A stretch of 32,000 bases of DNA from Haloquadratum walsbyi C23 (GCF_000237865.1 NC_017459.1:510001-542000); one strand, 5' to 3'; positions 18,237 through 27,447 are shown, counted from the first letter of the stretch. The notes: generated by a model from the letters alone, not told the origin. Numbers and translations are program-made.

Positions 18237-19174
18237 GTTCTGTTGAGCCACGACAATGGGTAACTGATCTGTATATGCTCATCAGTGACCCAATCGAAAC
18301 TTGGTTTGATCAGCAAAAATCATATATCCCACTTTTACAACTTGCTCCTGGACTCATCTGGGTGCTTGGACTACTTGGTAGTTCAGTAGGTATTATTTTA
18401 ATGTATAGTTTTCTTGAATCTGCACCGCTCTCTGCGGAAACACCGGTAATCACTATTGCAAACTATCAAACAGTCTTTGCGACTACGTATTATCTGACAG
18501 TCCTTCTCAGATCATTTCTTATTGCTGTGACCGTCACAATGATTTCATTATTGATTGCATATCCAGCAGCATATCATATCGCATTCATGAATAGTCGATT
18601 TCGAAACCTGTATTTATTAATGCTTATTTTACCATTTTGGATAAATCTGATAATCCGAACCTTTGCTTGGCAACTTATCCTTGGACAAAGCGGACTCATC
18701 AATTATGTTCTCGTGAGTCTAGTGGGCATTTTTGAAACACCACTACAACTACTTTATTCTCCGTGGGCGGTCATTATCGGACTTGTACATGTATTCATGC
18801 CGTTCGCGGTAATCCCAGTATATACTTCAATTCAGCGCATTGATCATTCGCACATAGAAGCAGCACGCAACCTCGGGGCAAATCGACTCCAGACATTCTA
18901 TGAGGTAACATTCCCGCAAACACTTCCGGGGATTGCAGCTTCTTCAGTAATTGTGTTTGTCCTTTCATTTGGCTCATTTGTTATTCCAAACATGCTTGGC
19001 GGGCAGGGTAATCTTATGATCGGCAATATTATCGCACAACTCTTTGGAGAGAGCTTTGACTGGGCACTTGGAAGTGCAATGGCAACATTGTTTATTATTA
19101 CTGTCATTATATTGGTATACATCTTTAACCGCATCATCGGTCTCCGAAGCCTCTATGGTAGTGATGCTGCATGA
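18233..19174 (+). CDS. ABC transporter permease (PotB-like)
   Basis: The 313-aa ORF is multi-TM. It has an EAA loop (EAARNLGANRLQTFYEVTFPQTLPGI) and overlaps both neighbouring genes by 4 nt. Confidence 0.85.
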   Translation: MSSVEPRQWVTDLYMLISDPIETWFDQQKSYIPLLQLAPGLIWVLGLLGSSVGIILMYSFLESAPLSAETPVITIANYQTVFATTYYLTVLLRSFLIAVTVTMISLLIAYPAAYHIAFMNSRFRNLYLLMLILPFWINLIIRTFAWQLILGQSGLINYVLVSLVGIFETPLQLLYSPWAVIIGLVHVFMPFAVIPVYTSIQRIDHSHIEAARNLGANRLQTFYEVTFPQTLPGIAASSVIVFVLSFGSFVIPNMLGGQGNLMIGNIIAQLFGESFDWALGSAMATLFIITVIILVYIFNRIIGLRSLYGSDAA

Positions 19175-20022
19175 GCCGCATAACGCAACTTCTCGGACGA
19201 GTTTCATTCTCCTCGAAAACTGGATCTAAGATACTCAGATTTGAGACTATCGCGCTGTTCATATTCCTCTATTTACCGATTTTGGTCGTTATTATACTTT
19301 CTTTTAGTGCTGATTCAGTACCGAGCTTTCCAATCTCTGGACTCTCAATTGAGTGGTATCTTGCGCTCATTCCAATTGGCAGAACGTTTGATGCACAGCT
19401 TATCCGTGCTTTTTTGATGAGCGTTCAGATAGGAATTATCGCTGCAATCGGCTCAGCGGTCATCGGCACCGCAGCCGCAATTGGAATGGTAAGAAACGAA
19501 TATGCACGTTGGCTTTTTGATGTTGATACACTCAATACGCTATTCATTACACCGATGATGGTGCCATGGGTTGTGACTGGGATTGCTGTTCTTTCACTGT
19601 ACTCCATGGTAAACATCGCTGGCTCGTTCATCTCACTCATCCTGGGACATATCCTGATTACACTCCCATTCATGATTGTTGTTGTTGCTGGACAATTATA
19701 CGGATTTGATCGTTCATTAGAGGATGCAGCACGAAATCTTGGCGCTGGTCCACTCCGGACGTTCTATGAAGTAACACTCCCTATCATTTCACCAGGTGTC
19801 ATTGCCGGCATGATGTTTGCTTTTACAATTTCATTCGATAATTTCACACAGACTTTCTTTTGGACATCCAGCACGCTCAATACATTACCAGTTGTCATAT
19901 TTTCCCGAATTAATTTCAGTCTCACCCCAGTGGTAAACGCGATGGGAACTGTCATTGTTGGAGTTTCACTGACAATGGCTTTTCTTGCTGAACGACTCTC
20001 AAGTCGCGTAATCACCGATTAA
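19171..20022 (+). CDS. ABC transporter permease (PotC-like)
   Basis: The 283-aa ORF is multi-TM and has an EAA loop (EDAARNLGAGPLRTFYEVTLPIISPGV). Confidence 0.85.
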   Translation: MSRITQLLGRVSFSSKTGSKILRFETIALFIFLYLPILVVIILSFSADSVPSFPISGLSIEWYLALIPIGRTFDAQLIRAFLMSVQIGIIAAIGSAVIGTAAAIGMVRNEYARWLFDVDTLNTLFITPMMVPWVVTGIAVLSLYSMVNIAGSFISLILGHILITLPFMIVVVAGQLYGFDRSLEDAARNLGAGPLRTFYEVTLPIISPGVIAGMMFAFTISFDNFTQTFFWTSSTLNTLPVVIFSRINFSLTPVVNAMGTVIVGVSLTMAFLAERLSSRVITD

Positions 20023-20068
20023 AAGCTGGCATCAGTACGTTTTTACTTATTATTCTATTATTCATACT

Positions 20069-21190
20069 GTGAGCAACGATCAATCTCAAGCTCAAACGAC
20101 ATCTACATCTCGTCGCCGATTTCTACAGAGCACCGCTGCTGTGTCTACTGTTACTGGACTTGCTGGCTGCATCACAGGCAGCTCTACTGGGAGTCAAGCA
20201 AACAGTCTCACATTCATGCAGTGGTCTGGTGAATTTGGTGAAACTGCAGAGCGTGTATTGAAAGAGCCATTCGAAGAGGAGTTTGATGTGACAATTAATC
20301 AAGTCCCGCTCCCTAGCCCATCAGATATGCTCTCAAAACTCCAGGCTGGAAGTGCGGATTTTGACTTAGTCTCGCACTGGGATTATACTCTTTATCGAGG
20401 CGTCCAAAACGATTTATTCCAGGAAATCCCACTCGGTGAAGTGCCGAATGTTCGCGACCGGGTTCGAGATCAATTCAATCCGACGTCGGTGCAGTACGAC
20501 CCAGGCAATGAACCACATCATGCTCCATATTCAGTTAGTGGATGGGGGATGACATATAATTCGAATGCAATGGACGAGCCATCCAGTTGGCAAGCTCTAC
20601 TGACGGATGAAATGCAAGATAACGTGAGTTTGGCAAGTTGGATGAGTTGTTGGCTTGGTGTTGCAGCAAAACGTGCAGGTGTTCCATTTGCCGAAATTCC
20701 AAATCGAATGGATGAGATATGGGCTGCAATCGGTGAATTTGATGATGCCTCACAGACATGGTGGGGAACAGGTCAGGAGATGGAGCGATTACTGACGAAT
20801 GAGTCTGTTCTCGCTGGATCGTTCTGGTTTGCACGAACATACCGACTCCGCGTTGACAACGATGTCCCTGTCCGATATACAGTTCCCGAAGAGGGTGCTC
20901 CAGCATGGATTGAAACATATACAATCCCAAATGGTGTCGACGAGTCAAAGAAACAACTCGCACTTGAGTTCATTGATTATATCAACCGTGAAGAAGTTCA
21001 AGAACGATTCGGTCGTGAGCTTCGATATGCCGTACCATATGACTTCAACGACATCCCAAGTGATCATATATACAACGACCATCCCGAGCTTCCACTTTTG
21101 AACACCGAACGGCTTGAACCAATGCTACAGAACATTTATAACTCAAATTATAACGATTATACAAACGAATTCCAACAGCAAACGGGCTAA
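20069..21190 (+). CDS. ABC transporter solute-binding lipoprotein (PotD/PotF-like, family 1)
   Basis: It starts with GTG and has a Tat signal plus lipobox (SRRRFLQSTAAVSTVTGLAGC). It is an acidic ~370-aa receptor and the last gene of the four-gene operon. Confidence 0.8.
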   Translation: MSNDQSQAQTTSTSRRRFLQSTAAVSTVTGLAGCITGSSTGSQANSLTFMQWSGEFGETAERVLKEPFEEEFDVTINQVPLPSPSDMLSKLQAGSADFDLVSHWDYTLYRGVQNDLFQEIPLGEVPNVRDRVRDQFNPTSVQYDPGNEPHHAPYSVSGWGMTYNSNAMDEPSSWQALLTDEMQDNVSLASWMSCWLGVAAKRAGVPFAEIPNRMDEIWAAIGEFDDASQTWWGTGQEMERLLTNESVLAGSFWFARTYRLRVDNDVPVRYTVPEEGAPAWIETYTIPNGVDESKKQLALEFIDYINREEVQERFGRELRYAVPYDFNDIPSDHIYNDHPELPLLNTERLEPMLQNIYNSNYNDYTNEFQQQTG

Positions 21191-21464
21191 CAATCAGGAA
21201 GATTCATTCCTTGTTTGATAGATTCGAAAATCAATATCGATAATCCCTTTATTTTGATCTCTTTTGAGTCTACAGATCACACTGAGGCTGTGAGTGCATG
21301 CACGTTTGTCAGCACTCATAAGTAAACGAGATAGTTCAGAACCCTTACCCCCCATTATTACGGGAGATAAAAGAGAAATCCACGTATTTTGATCTAAGTA
21401 TGAACCGACAGTAGGGATCAATTGTCAGCGATTATTATTAGAAAACAGACAAAAAACTCAGATA

Positions 21465-21537
21465 CGTCCTGACGGAGATTTGAACTCCGGTCCCTGGCTC
21501 CGCAAGCCAAGAGGATAGTCCACTACCCTACCAGGAC
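21465..21537 (-). tRNA. tRNA-Arg (anticodon GCG)
   Basis: The reverse complement folds as a 73-nt cloverleaf:
- acceptor GUCCUGG/UCAGGAC, with G7.U66
- U8 A9
- D arm with G18 G19 A21
- anticodon stem UUGGC/GCCAG with loop UUGCGGA
- 4-nt variable loop
- T arm CGGAG-UUCAAAU-CUCCG
- discriminator G

No CCA is encoded. Confidence 0.85.
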
Positions 21538-21794
21538 CCAAATAAACAAATTATACATTCGCTTATGAGGGTTACGATGTGTGAGATACGATAGCATTGA
21601 CATCCTCCCTGCTCTGAAGGGCTGTCTCTTACCCATAAGTTCACACCATCCCAACGTGTCGTTTCAGCCGCTGTCGAGGAGGATCTGAGAGAAATCCTGA
21701 CAGACTGAGACGCTGATCGGGTCACAGAGGCTGCTCAAACCGGGTCAACTCGTCGTCGGCATACCCGGTTGCTCGGGATGAGACTCCCAACTCC

Positions 21795-22400
21795 CGATAA
21801 TAAAAGCAATTTTTACTGCCTCGCCCCGCCCACTTCGTCGGGACGACTTGTGAGTAAAAGACAGGCCTGAAGCCACGAGAATCTCACGGTATCGCACCGC
21901 TGAGTTGAGATATTAAGATCTGCACTTTACCACTTGTTCCTGCGGTTGAATCCGCTGGACAAGTCATGAGGATAGACCCCGGGCTGTGCCAACCAGCCAG
22001 TACTCCTATGCCCACCCAAATCGGGTGCAGACTCGGAATTGCTTTCCTCGTTGATATTAAAACAGATGTTCCCCGCCCAGTTCACGTCAGCGTTGAACGC
22101 GGCGTCACACTCCTTGAGAATGAATATGATCGTGAATATCACTGCATCATTATCATGACAAGCGATACGATAATTCTTAACCGATGGTCTACCCTGATAC
22201 AAATATAACTATGATCACGTTCACACCCCTTGCGAGCGCTGCGTCGCTCAGGCGCTCCAGGGCGCATGTCGGTACTGATATGATAGCAACGCTGAGAATG
22301 ATAGTGAAAATAATGGATGCAATCTACTATCGTATCCATCGACCGACCTCGTCTGTTGGCGGTGATCAACATGATATCAATATCTATTTCACTACGATTA
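21795..22400 (-). mobile_element. Decayed IS200/IS605-family (IS1341-like) element: tnpB 3' remnant plus omega-RNA-like right end
   Basis: The minus ORF 21927-22202 reads ...KECDAAFNADVNWAGNICFNINEESNSESAPDLGGHRSTGWLAQPGVY.... The segment C....NADxN.AxNI is the TnpB zinc-finger/RuvC-III end. Upstream (to ~22400) only broken frames remain. Downstream there is a 10-bp long-range pairing, 22046-22037 with 21811-21802, at the point where element-like sequence ends. Confidence 0.55.
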
Positions 22401-22449
22401 CAGCGTACATATCTTCACTATTGCCTGCGAACGTGGAGGTGTCCGTCTC

Positions 22450-24006
22450 ATGAGTTCATTGACTGACATTTACGACGAGCTTGATACCGATGTCTCACGT
22501 GAGGAGTTTGAATCGGCTGTTGAAGACAAAGTCGAGCAGATGGGTGGGCTTGCTGATGAGGAAACAGCAGCAAAACTAATCGCACATGAACTTCGTAATG
22601 AAGAGGTTGAGGGGGTTGCGGATATCGAACCGGGGATGGATGAAGCAAAATTCCTTGCGAAGGTACTCCAGATTGGTGACTGTCGCACATTCGAGCGTGA
22701 TGGCGATGCCGAGGACGGTCGTGTAATCAATATCGAGGTCGCGGATGCGTCTGGGCAAATTCGGGTTACAATGTGGGATGACATGGCTGATGATGCGATT
22801 AACCAACTTGAAGTTGGGCAGGTCCTCCGCATTGGTGGTCGACCAAAAGATGGATATGACGGTGTCGAAATTGATGTTGATACTGTCGAACCTGCGCCTG
22901 ATGCTGAGATTGATGTCGATATCCATACTGTGAATACACACCGTGTTGAGGACCTTTCATTAGGACTTTCAGATGTAAATCTCCGCGGTCGTGTCCTCAG
23001 CACCGATAAAATTCGAACATTTGACCGTGATGATGGCTCTGAGGGTCGCGTTGCTAACCTCAGTGTTGGTGACCCAACTGGTCGTATCCGGGTCACTCTT
23101 TGGGACGGCAGCGCGAGTCTCGTCGATTCAGTCGATCCAGATGACAGTATTGAGATTGTTGATGGATATGTCCGTGAACAAGATGGGGCACTTGAACTCC
23201 ATGTCGGTGACCGTGGTACGATTGAATCAATTGATGAGGATGTCGAATACGTCCCAGATACAGATCCAATTGAGACAGTTGTGATTGATGAGACGGCTGA
23301 TATCGCCGGTGGCGTGATTGAAACGGACACAAAGCGTACGTTTGACCGTGATGACGGTTCAAAAGGACAAGTTCGAAATGTCCGGATTCGTGATGATACT
23401 GGCGATATTCGAGTTGCACTATGGGGTGATAAAGCCGATCTTGATATCGATCTTGCTGACTATGTCGTCTGCACCGATGTCGAAATTCAAGAGGGATGGC
23501 AGGATGATCATGAAGCCTCAGCTGGATGGCGGTCGGCGGTATACAGACTCGATGAACGTCCTGAAGATGCAACAACCACAGTAGAGTCATCCTCCAATCA
23601 ACAACAAACGGAGACAGGCAAGGCGTCGGGACTTGATGCATTCGCAGAAACGAACAGCGATGAGACAACAGTGACCGCCTCACCTACGTCTCAGGATTCC
23701 AATATAACATCCTCCGACTCAATGCGCGACAATGCTGACCACAATCATGAGCAGGCTGCGTCTGATGGCGGTGCCTCAACCATTGAGTCTCCTCAAACGT
23801 CTGAGGACGACAACACAACAGATAGTGATGTCGAATCATTCACCGGCACAGTCGTCCAAGCTGGCAGTCCGGTTGTTCTTGATAATGGAACTGATACTCG
23901 TCGTGTTGAGACAGACGCGTCATTACGACTTGGCGAAGTCGTCACCGTTAGTGGCTCGACGGATGGTCAGACAATTACACCCACTGAGATTGACCGCTCT
24001 TCATAA
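22450..24006 (+). CDS. Replication protein A (single-stranded DNA-binding protein), multi-OB RpaC/Rpa2-type
   Basis: Three tandem OB-fold repeats share the motif R(T)FDRDDGS.G.V.N....D.TG.IRV.LWD (around residues ~78, ~188 and ~305). A ~90-aa Ser/Thr/Asp/Glu-rich linker follows, then a small C-terminal domain (FTGTVVQAGSPVVLDNG...). Confidence 0.85.
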   Translation: MSSLTDIYDELDTDVSREEFESAVEDKVEQMGGLADEETAAKLIAHELRNEEVEGVADIEPGMDEAKFLAKVLQIGDCRTFERDGDAEDGRVINIEVADASGQIRVTMWDDMADDAINQLEVGQVLRIGGRPKDGYDGVEIDVDTVEPAPDAEIDVDIHTVNTHRVEDLSLGLSDVNLRGRVLSTDKIRTFDRDDGSEGRVANLSVGDPTGRIRVTLWDGSASLVDSVDPDDSIEIVDGYVREQDGALELHVGDRGTIESIDEDVEYVPDTDPIETVVIDETADIAGGVIETDTKRTFDRDDGSKGQVRNVRIRDDTGDIRVALWGDKADLDIDLADYVVCTDVEIQEGWQDDHEASAGWRSAVYRLDERPEDATTTVESSSNQQQTETGKASGLDAFAETNSDETTVTASPTSQDSNITSSDSMRDNADHNHEQAASDGGASTIESPQTSEDDNTTDSDVESFTGTVVQAGSPVVLDNGTDTRRVETDASLRLGEVVTVSGSTDGQTITPTEIDRSS

Positions 24007-24231
24007 CAGTCGTACCGATACTACCGAGACTCTGTGGATAGTTGTCAACCCATCTAATTACTGTTGTTAATACATAGTATGCGATGAATATCAATACATC
24101 AGACTGATACGTGATGTTATACTTTCGATGACCTTGTATTGATGACGCATGAATATGTCACGCGTATACTGGGGGTATTCATCATACTGGTACGGAAAGG
24201 ATTATACCGTGGTCGTACCCGATGTATGTGT

Positions 24232-24663
24232 ATGAGTGTCGAGTTACCGTTCGCCCCTGTGGACACTATTATCCGTGGGAAGGCCGGTGAACTTCGTGTC
24301 AGTGCGGGTGCAGCTGAGGAGTTGGCTCATCGCATCCAAACGCACGGGGCTACCCTTGCGGTCACCGCTGCAGAAGAGGCGGATACCGATGACCGAAAAA
24401 CACTAATGGCAACTGATTTTGGTGTCCGACAAGTTGTCCCGCGTCGGGAACTCGAACTCCCTATTGCACCAATCGACCGCATTGCTCGCCTCCGCATTGA
24501 CAATCAATATCGCGTATCAATGGATGCTCGAATCGCGCTTGCAGACATTCTTGAAGATTACGCGAATAATGTTGCAGATGCGGCTGCGATCCTCGCTCGG
24601 CACGCTGACCGACGAACGATACAGGCTGAGGATATTGAAACATACTTTCAGTTATTTGAGTAA
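24232..24663 (+). CDS. Archaeal histone, tandem (doublet) histone-fold protein
   Basis: The 143-aa protein from ATG 24232 is MSVELPFAPVDTIIRGKAGELRVSAGAAEELAHRIQ... followed by LELPIAPIDRIARLRIDNQYRVSMDARIALADILEDYANNVADAAAILARHADRRTIQAEDIETYFQ. That is two histone folds in one chain, as in haloarchaeal histones. The track's 24139 start adds an implausible hydrophobic/basic extension. Confidence 0.85.
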   Translation: MSVELPFAPVDTIIRGKAGELRVSAGAAEELAHRIQTHGATLAVTAAEEADTDDRKTLMATDFGVRQVVPRRELELPIAPIDRIARLRIDNQYRVSMDARIALADILEDYANNVADAAAILARHADRRTIQAEDIETYFQLFE

Positions 24664-24667
24664 TACG

Positions 24668-25681
24668 ATGCAGTTTGGGTACAGCGAGATATGTCTCGCA
24701 CACGATACTGGTAACCGACACCCCGAAACCGCAGACCGACTTCGGGCTATCCGTCGCGCTCTCGCAAAGCGCCATGGGGCATCATATATTGATCCAAAAC
24801 CGGCGACTGATACGGATATTGCGAGTGTTCACGATACTGAATACATTACAGAGATTCGTGAGTTCTGTGAATGCGGTGGCGGCAACTGGGATCCAGATAC
24901 AGTCGCCTCAATAGATACATGGGATGCAGCCCTCGCTTCTGCTGGGCTCGCACAGTGGGCTGCCCGTGTGGCTGTTAATGGAGCGAGCGGTCGGCAAACA
25001 CCATTCTCTGTTGGACGTCCGCCTGGCCACCATGCAGTCGTGGATGATGCCATGGGATTTTGTTTCATTAATAATGCGGCTGTTGCCGCTCAGACTCTTA
25101 TTGATGATCCTAGCTCAGATGTCGATACAGCAGCCATTTTTGATTGGGATGTCCATCATGGGAATGGAACTCAAGATATCTTTTATGATAATGCCAATGT
25201 TCTCTATGTATCGACACATGAGGAAGGTCTCTATCCTGGTACCGGGGAAATCGAGGAAACTGGCACAGGTGATGCTGAAGGGACAACACTAAACATTCCA
25301 CTCTCTGCTGGTGCTGGTGATGCGGAGTATCTTCATATGATTAATACAATCATTCGACCCGTCATCGAATCGTTCAATCCTGACTTATTTATCATTAGTG
25401 CAGGTTTCGATGCACATCGTCATGACCCGATCTCACGGATGCGTGTCTCAACAGAAGGATATGCTCTTCTCACCGACCGCGTCCGCTCACTTGCGAACGA
25501 TGTCGATGCTGGTCTTGCATTCGTGCTTGAAGGTGGATATGGACTCGATACCCTCGCCGATGGCGTCTCAATTGTTCATGAGACATTTGATGGTCGGACA
25601 CCGCTTGCACATGATGATGAACCAGATGAGGAGGTTAAGACTCTTGCTGATGATATCCGGACAATACATAATATTGCGTGA
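24668..25681 (+). CDS. hdaI: Class II-type histone deacetylase family protein (HdaI-like)
   Basis: HDAC motifs are present: GRPPGHHA, DWDVHHGNGTQDIFY, SAGFDAH and LEGGYGL. The ATG at 24668 lies 4 nt after the histone stop codon. The track's 24419 start is just an out-of-gene extension through the histone 3' end. Confidence 0.9.
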   Translation: MQFGYSEICLAHDTGNRHPETADRLRAIRRALAKRHGASYIDPKPATDTDIASVHDTEYITEIREFCECGGGNWDPDTVASIDTWDAALASAGLAQWAARVAVNGASGRQTPFSVGRPPGHHAVVDDAMGFCFINNAAVAAQTLIDDPSSDVDTAAIFDWDVHHGNGTQDIFYDNANVLYVSTHEEGLYPGTGEIEETGTGDAEGTTLNIPLSAGAGDAEYLHMINTIIRPVIESFNPDLFIISAGFDAHRHDPISRMRVSTEGYALLTDRVRSLANDVDAGLAFVLEGGYGLDTLADGVSIVHETFDGRTPLAHDDEPDEEVKTLADDIRTIHNIA

Positions 25682-25761
25682 CACGGTCAGCTGAAAAATA
25701 TAGACTTCTTCTTTCAGTTATATTCGGACTTGGGGAACGACATTAGTCCTGAAATTGACGT

Positions 25762-27159
25762 TCACACACCCGACGCTGTTGGTTCAAAATATTGGGTCAG
25801 CGACTCACCAAACTCGGAGGTTAATGCTATGATCTCGTCTTCGACAAGCACTGTATATGTGTCCGCAAGCGCTTCCTCAATTTGCGCGCCAAGACCAGCG
25901 TTGAAAATAGACTCTGACTGAAGAAATGCTGCCGCGTCTGTCCACGTCCGCTCACGTTCAACAACATATCGATCGCCGTCAATGAATGGTCCATATGTGT
26001 CTGCGTCGGTCTCGTAGGCTGTGTAGAATTCACTTGCGTGTTCGCGAACAGTAATCGGCGGACCAGTGTGACGCTCAATCGCTGGACAGTGTCGATGCAT
26101 AAGTTCAATAAACAGTACTGCTTGGTCATCTGCAAACGCTGCTGTCCGAATGACGTCGAATCCCTCTGTTTCGAGTGCTGTTCGTATTCCCTGTACTGAT
26201 TTTCGTAGCTGTGGATATAACTGATCATCGACGATATCAGGTGAATCGAACACGAGCGCCATTGGGGATGTCCCACGACGTTGGAGATGTGTCCGAACTG
26301 TCTCAATGTCCATCTCTGCAGCCATCTCAGTCGGCGACTCAAAATATGTTTGCTTTGGCTCTTCGAGAAATTGTCGCGCATAATGTTGGAATCGAGAGAT
26401 GTTTGTAGCTGAGCAAACAGCAGCAACATTCCGGGCTGGATCTGTAGGATCGACAACGGTAAGTGGATCATCGTGAGCAGCGGTTCCATGAGCTTCTGGA
26501 TCAATTTCAACCGGTGGTTGCCACCTCGCTGCAGCTTTGAGCACTGCCTCAAAGTCACCGTACTCAATCACGAGTAACTCTGTTAGATATCCTGAGAATC
26601 CTCGTGTTCGGAGGTCACTTCCATATGCTCCAATTCCCTTGAGGAACTTCTTCAGCACTCGTACCGCTGCAGCAATTCTTTCGTCTATCCGTGTCTGAAG
26701 ATACTGGTTATGATGCGGAGTTCGATCAACTGCCGATTGAAGCTCGCTCCCAGCATCAACATCATAACACGGAACGAGATCAACCTCAAATCCCTCGAAA
26801 GTGCCAGTGATGTATGGATGTTCAGCGTATTCTTCATGACCTGATGGAAGCACAGCACTTCCCACTTTCAGTCCATACTCTTCGAGAGCCTCTCGATTAA
26901 GCTCAGTTGGAAACCGAACAAAAATATCGATATCACGGTCGCCCGCTAACCATGTCCCCCGAGCTGTTGATCCAACCTGAACGACATCCGCACTAACCGG
27001 AAGCGACTCAACCTCAGTAGTGATACGATTGCGTAATTGACTCATGACTCGCTGCATTGCCTCGCGTTCGGCACTATCTGGGTCAATCCGGTCACGAATC
27101 TGCTCAATGACCATCTGATGCTCAGATTCAAATCCGTCTTTAGCATCACCCTTACTCAT
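25762..27159 (-). CDS. cca: CCA-adding enzyme (archaeal class I tRNA nucleotidyltransferase)
   Basis: The 465-aa ORF has the class I nucleotidyltransferase signature VGSTARGTWLAGDRDIDIFV and the archaeal CCA-enzyme body and tail pattern. Confidence 0.9.
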   Translation of the reverse strand: MSKGDAKDGFESEHQMVIEQIRDRIDPDSAEREAMQRVMSQLRNRITTEVESLPVSADVVQVGSTARGTWLAGDRDIDIFVRFPTELNREALEEYGLKVGSAVLPSGHEEYAEHPYITGTFEGFEVDLVPCYDVDAGSELQSAVDRTPHHNQYLQTRIDERIAAAVRVLKKFLKGIGAYGSDLRTRGFSGYLTELLVIEYGDFEAVLKAAARWQPPVEIDPEAHGTAAHDDPLTVVDPTDPARNVAAVCSATNISRFQHYARQFLEEPKQTYFESPTEMAAEMDIETVRTHLQRRGTSPMALVFDSPDIVDDQLYPQLRKSVQGIRTALETEGFDVIRTAAFADDQAVLFIELMHRHCPAIERHTGPPITVREHASEFYTAYETDADTYGPFIDGDRYVVERERTWTDAAAFLQSESIFNAGLGAQIEEALADTYTVLVEDEIIALTSEFGESLTQYFEPTASGV

Positions 27160-27308
27160 ACTCTCTTCCCATTTTTATCATATATATGGCTGCTATTGGC
27201 GAAAGGGTATCGATACCGGTTTTAATGTTAATTCATCTGCTCAATCTGTTCTTGACCACGAAGCGAAAGCCATATTATATTACCTCGGTTTATTTTTGAA
27301 TACGTTAA

Positions 27309-27381
27309 GCCGTCGTAGCTCAGTTGGTAGAGCACCTCGCTGTTAACGAGGTGGTCCCAGGTTCGAGTCCTGGCGACGGCG
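27309..27381 (+). tRNA. tRNA-Asn (anticodon GTT)
   Basis: The cloverleaf is GCCGUCG-UA-GCUC-AGUUGGUA-GAGC-A-CCUCG-CUGUUAA-CGAGG-UGGUC-CCAGG-UUCGAGU-CCUGG-CGACGGC-G. It is a perfect 73-nt fold with no encoded CCA. Confidence 0.92.
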
Positions 27382-27447
27382 TCTTAACGGTATTCTCAAT
27401 AGCTCACACATGCGACTGCGTGCTCTACAAGCGGAGCAGGGCGAGTG

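Noticed and set aside
21280-21325. Inverted repeat TGAGTGC-(14 nt)-GCACTCA containing the palindrome GTGCATGCAC, downstream of the PotD-like gene.
   Set aside because: It is a single short hairpin in a 3' spacer with no T-tract and no second copy in the window. It is probably incidental or a simple mRNA 3' structure.
21795-22060. Possible RNase P RNA on the minus strand. CGAGGAAAGC resembles the universal CR-I GAGGAAAGUCC. The downstream CAGUAAAAAUUGCUUUUAU resembles CR-V (ACAGAA..GGCUUAU) and can pair with it like helix P4.
   Set aside because: The GAGGAAAGCAAUUCCGAG stretch is in frame with, and encodes, the EESNSES segment of a recognisable TnpB C-terminus (NADVNWAGNI just upstream). The same codons recur in the 28.9-kb relic. 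The CR-I core is GCAA rather than GUCC. The arm spacing (~226 nt) is short for a type A archaeal RNase P RNA. I could not find CR-II/III-like elements.
22470-23330. 286-aa antisense ORF inside the RPA gene, plus further antisense or off-frame ORFs at 22576-22941, 22991-23284, 23093-23683 and 23318-23584.
   Set aside because: The composition is Ser/Thr/Pro/Arg runs with no acidic bias. This is a typical shadow of a GAY/GAR-rich haloarchaeal coding strand, and the sense ORF has clear OB-fold repeats.
24139-24667. Track start sites 24139 (histone) and 24419 (deacetylase), which give long N-terminal extensions.
   Set aside because: The extensions are hydrophobic or basic (MMTHEYVTRILGVFIILVRKGLYRGRTRCMC) or run out of frame through the histone gene. 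Canonical family N-termini begin at ATG 24232 and ATG 24668.
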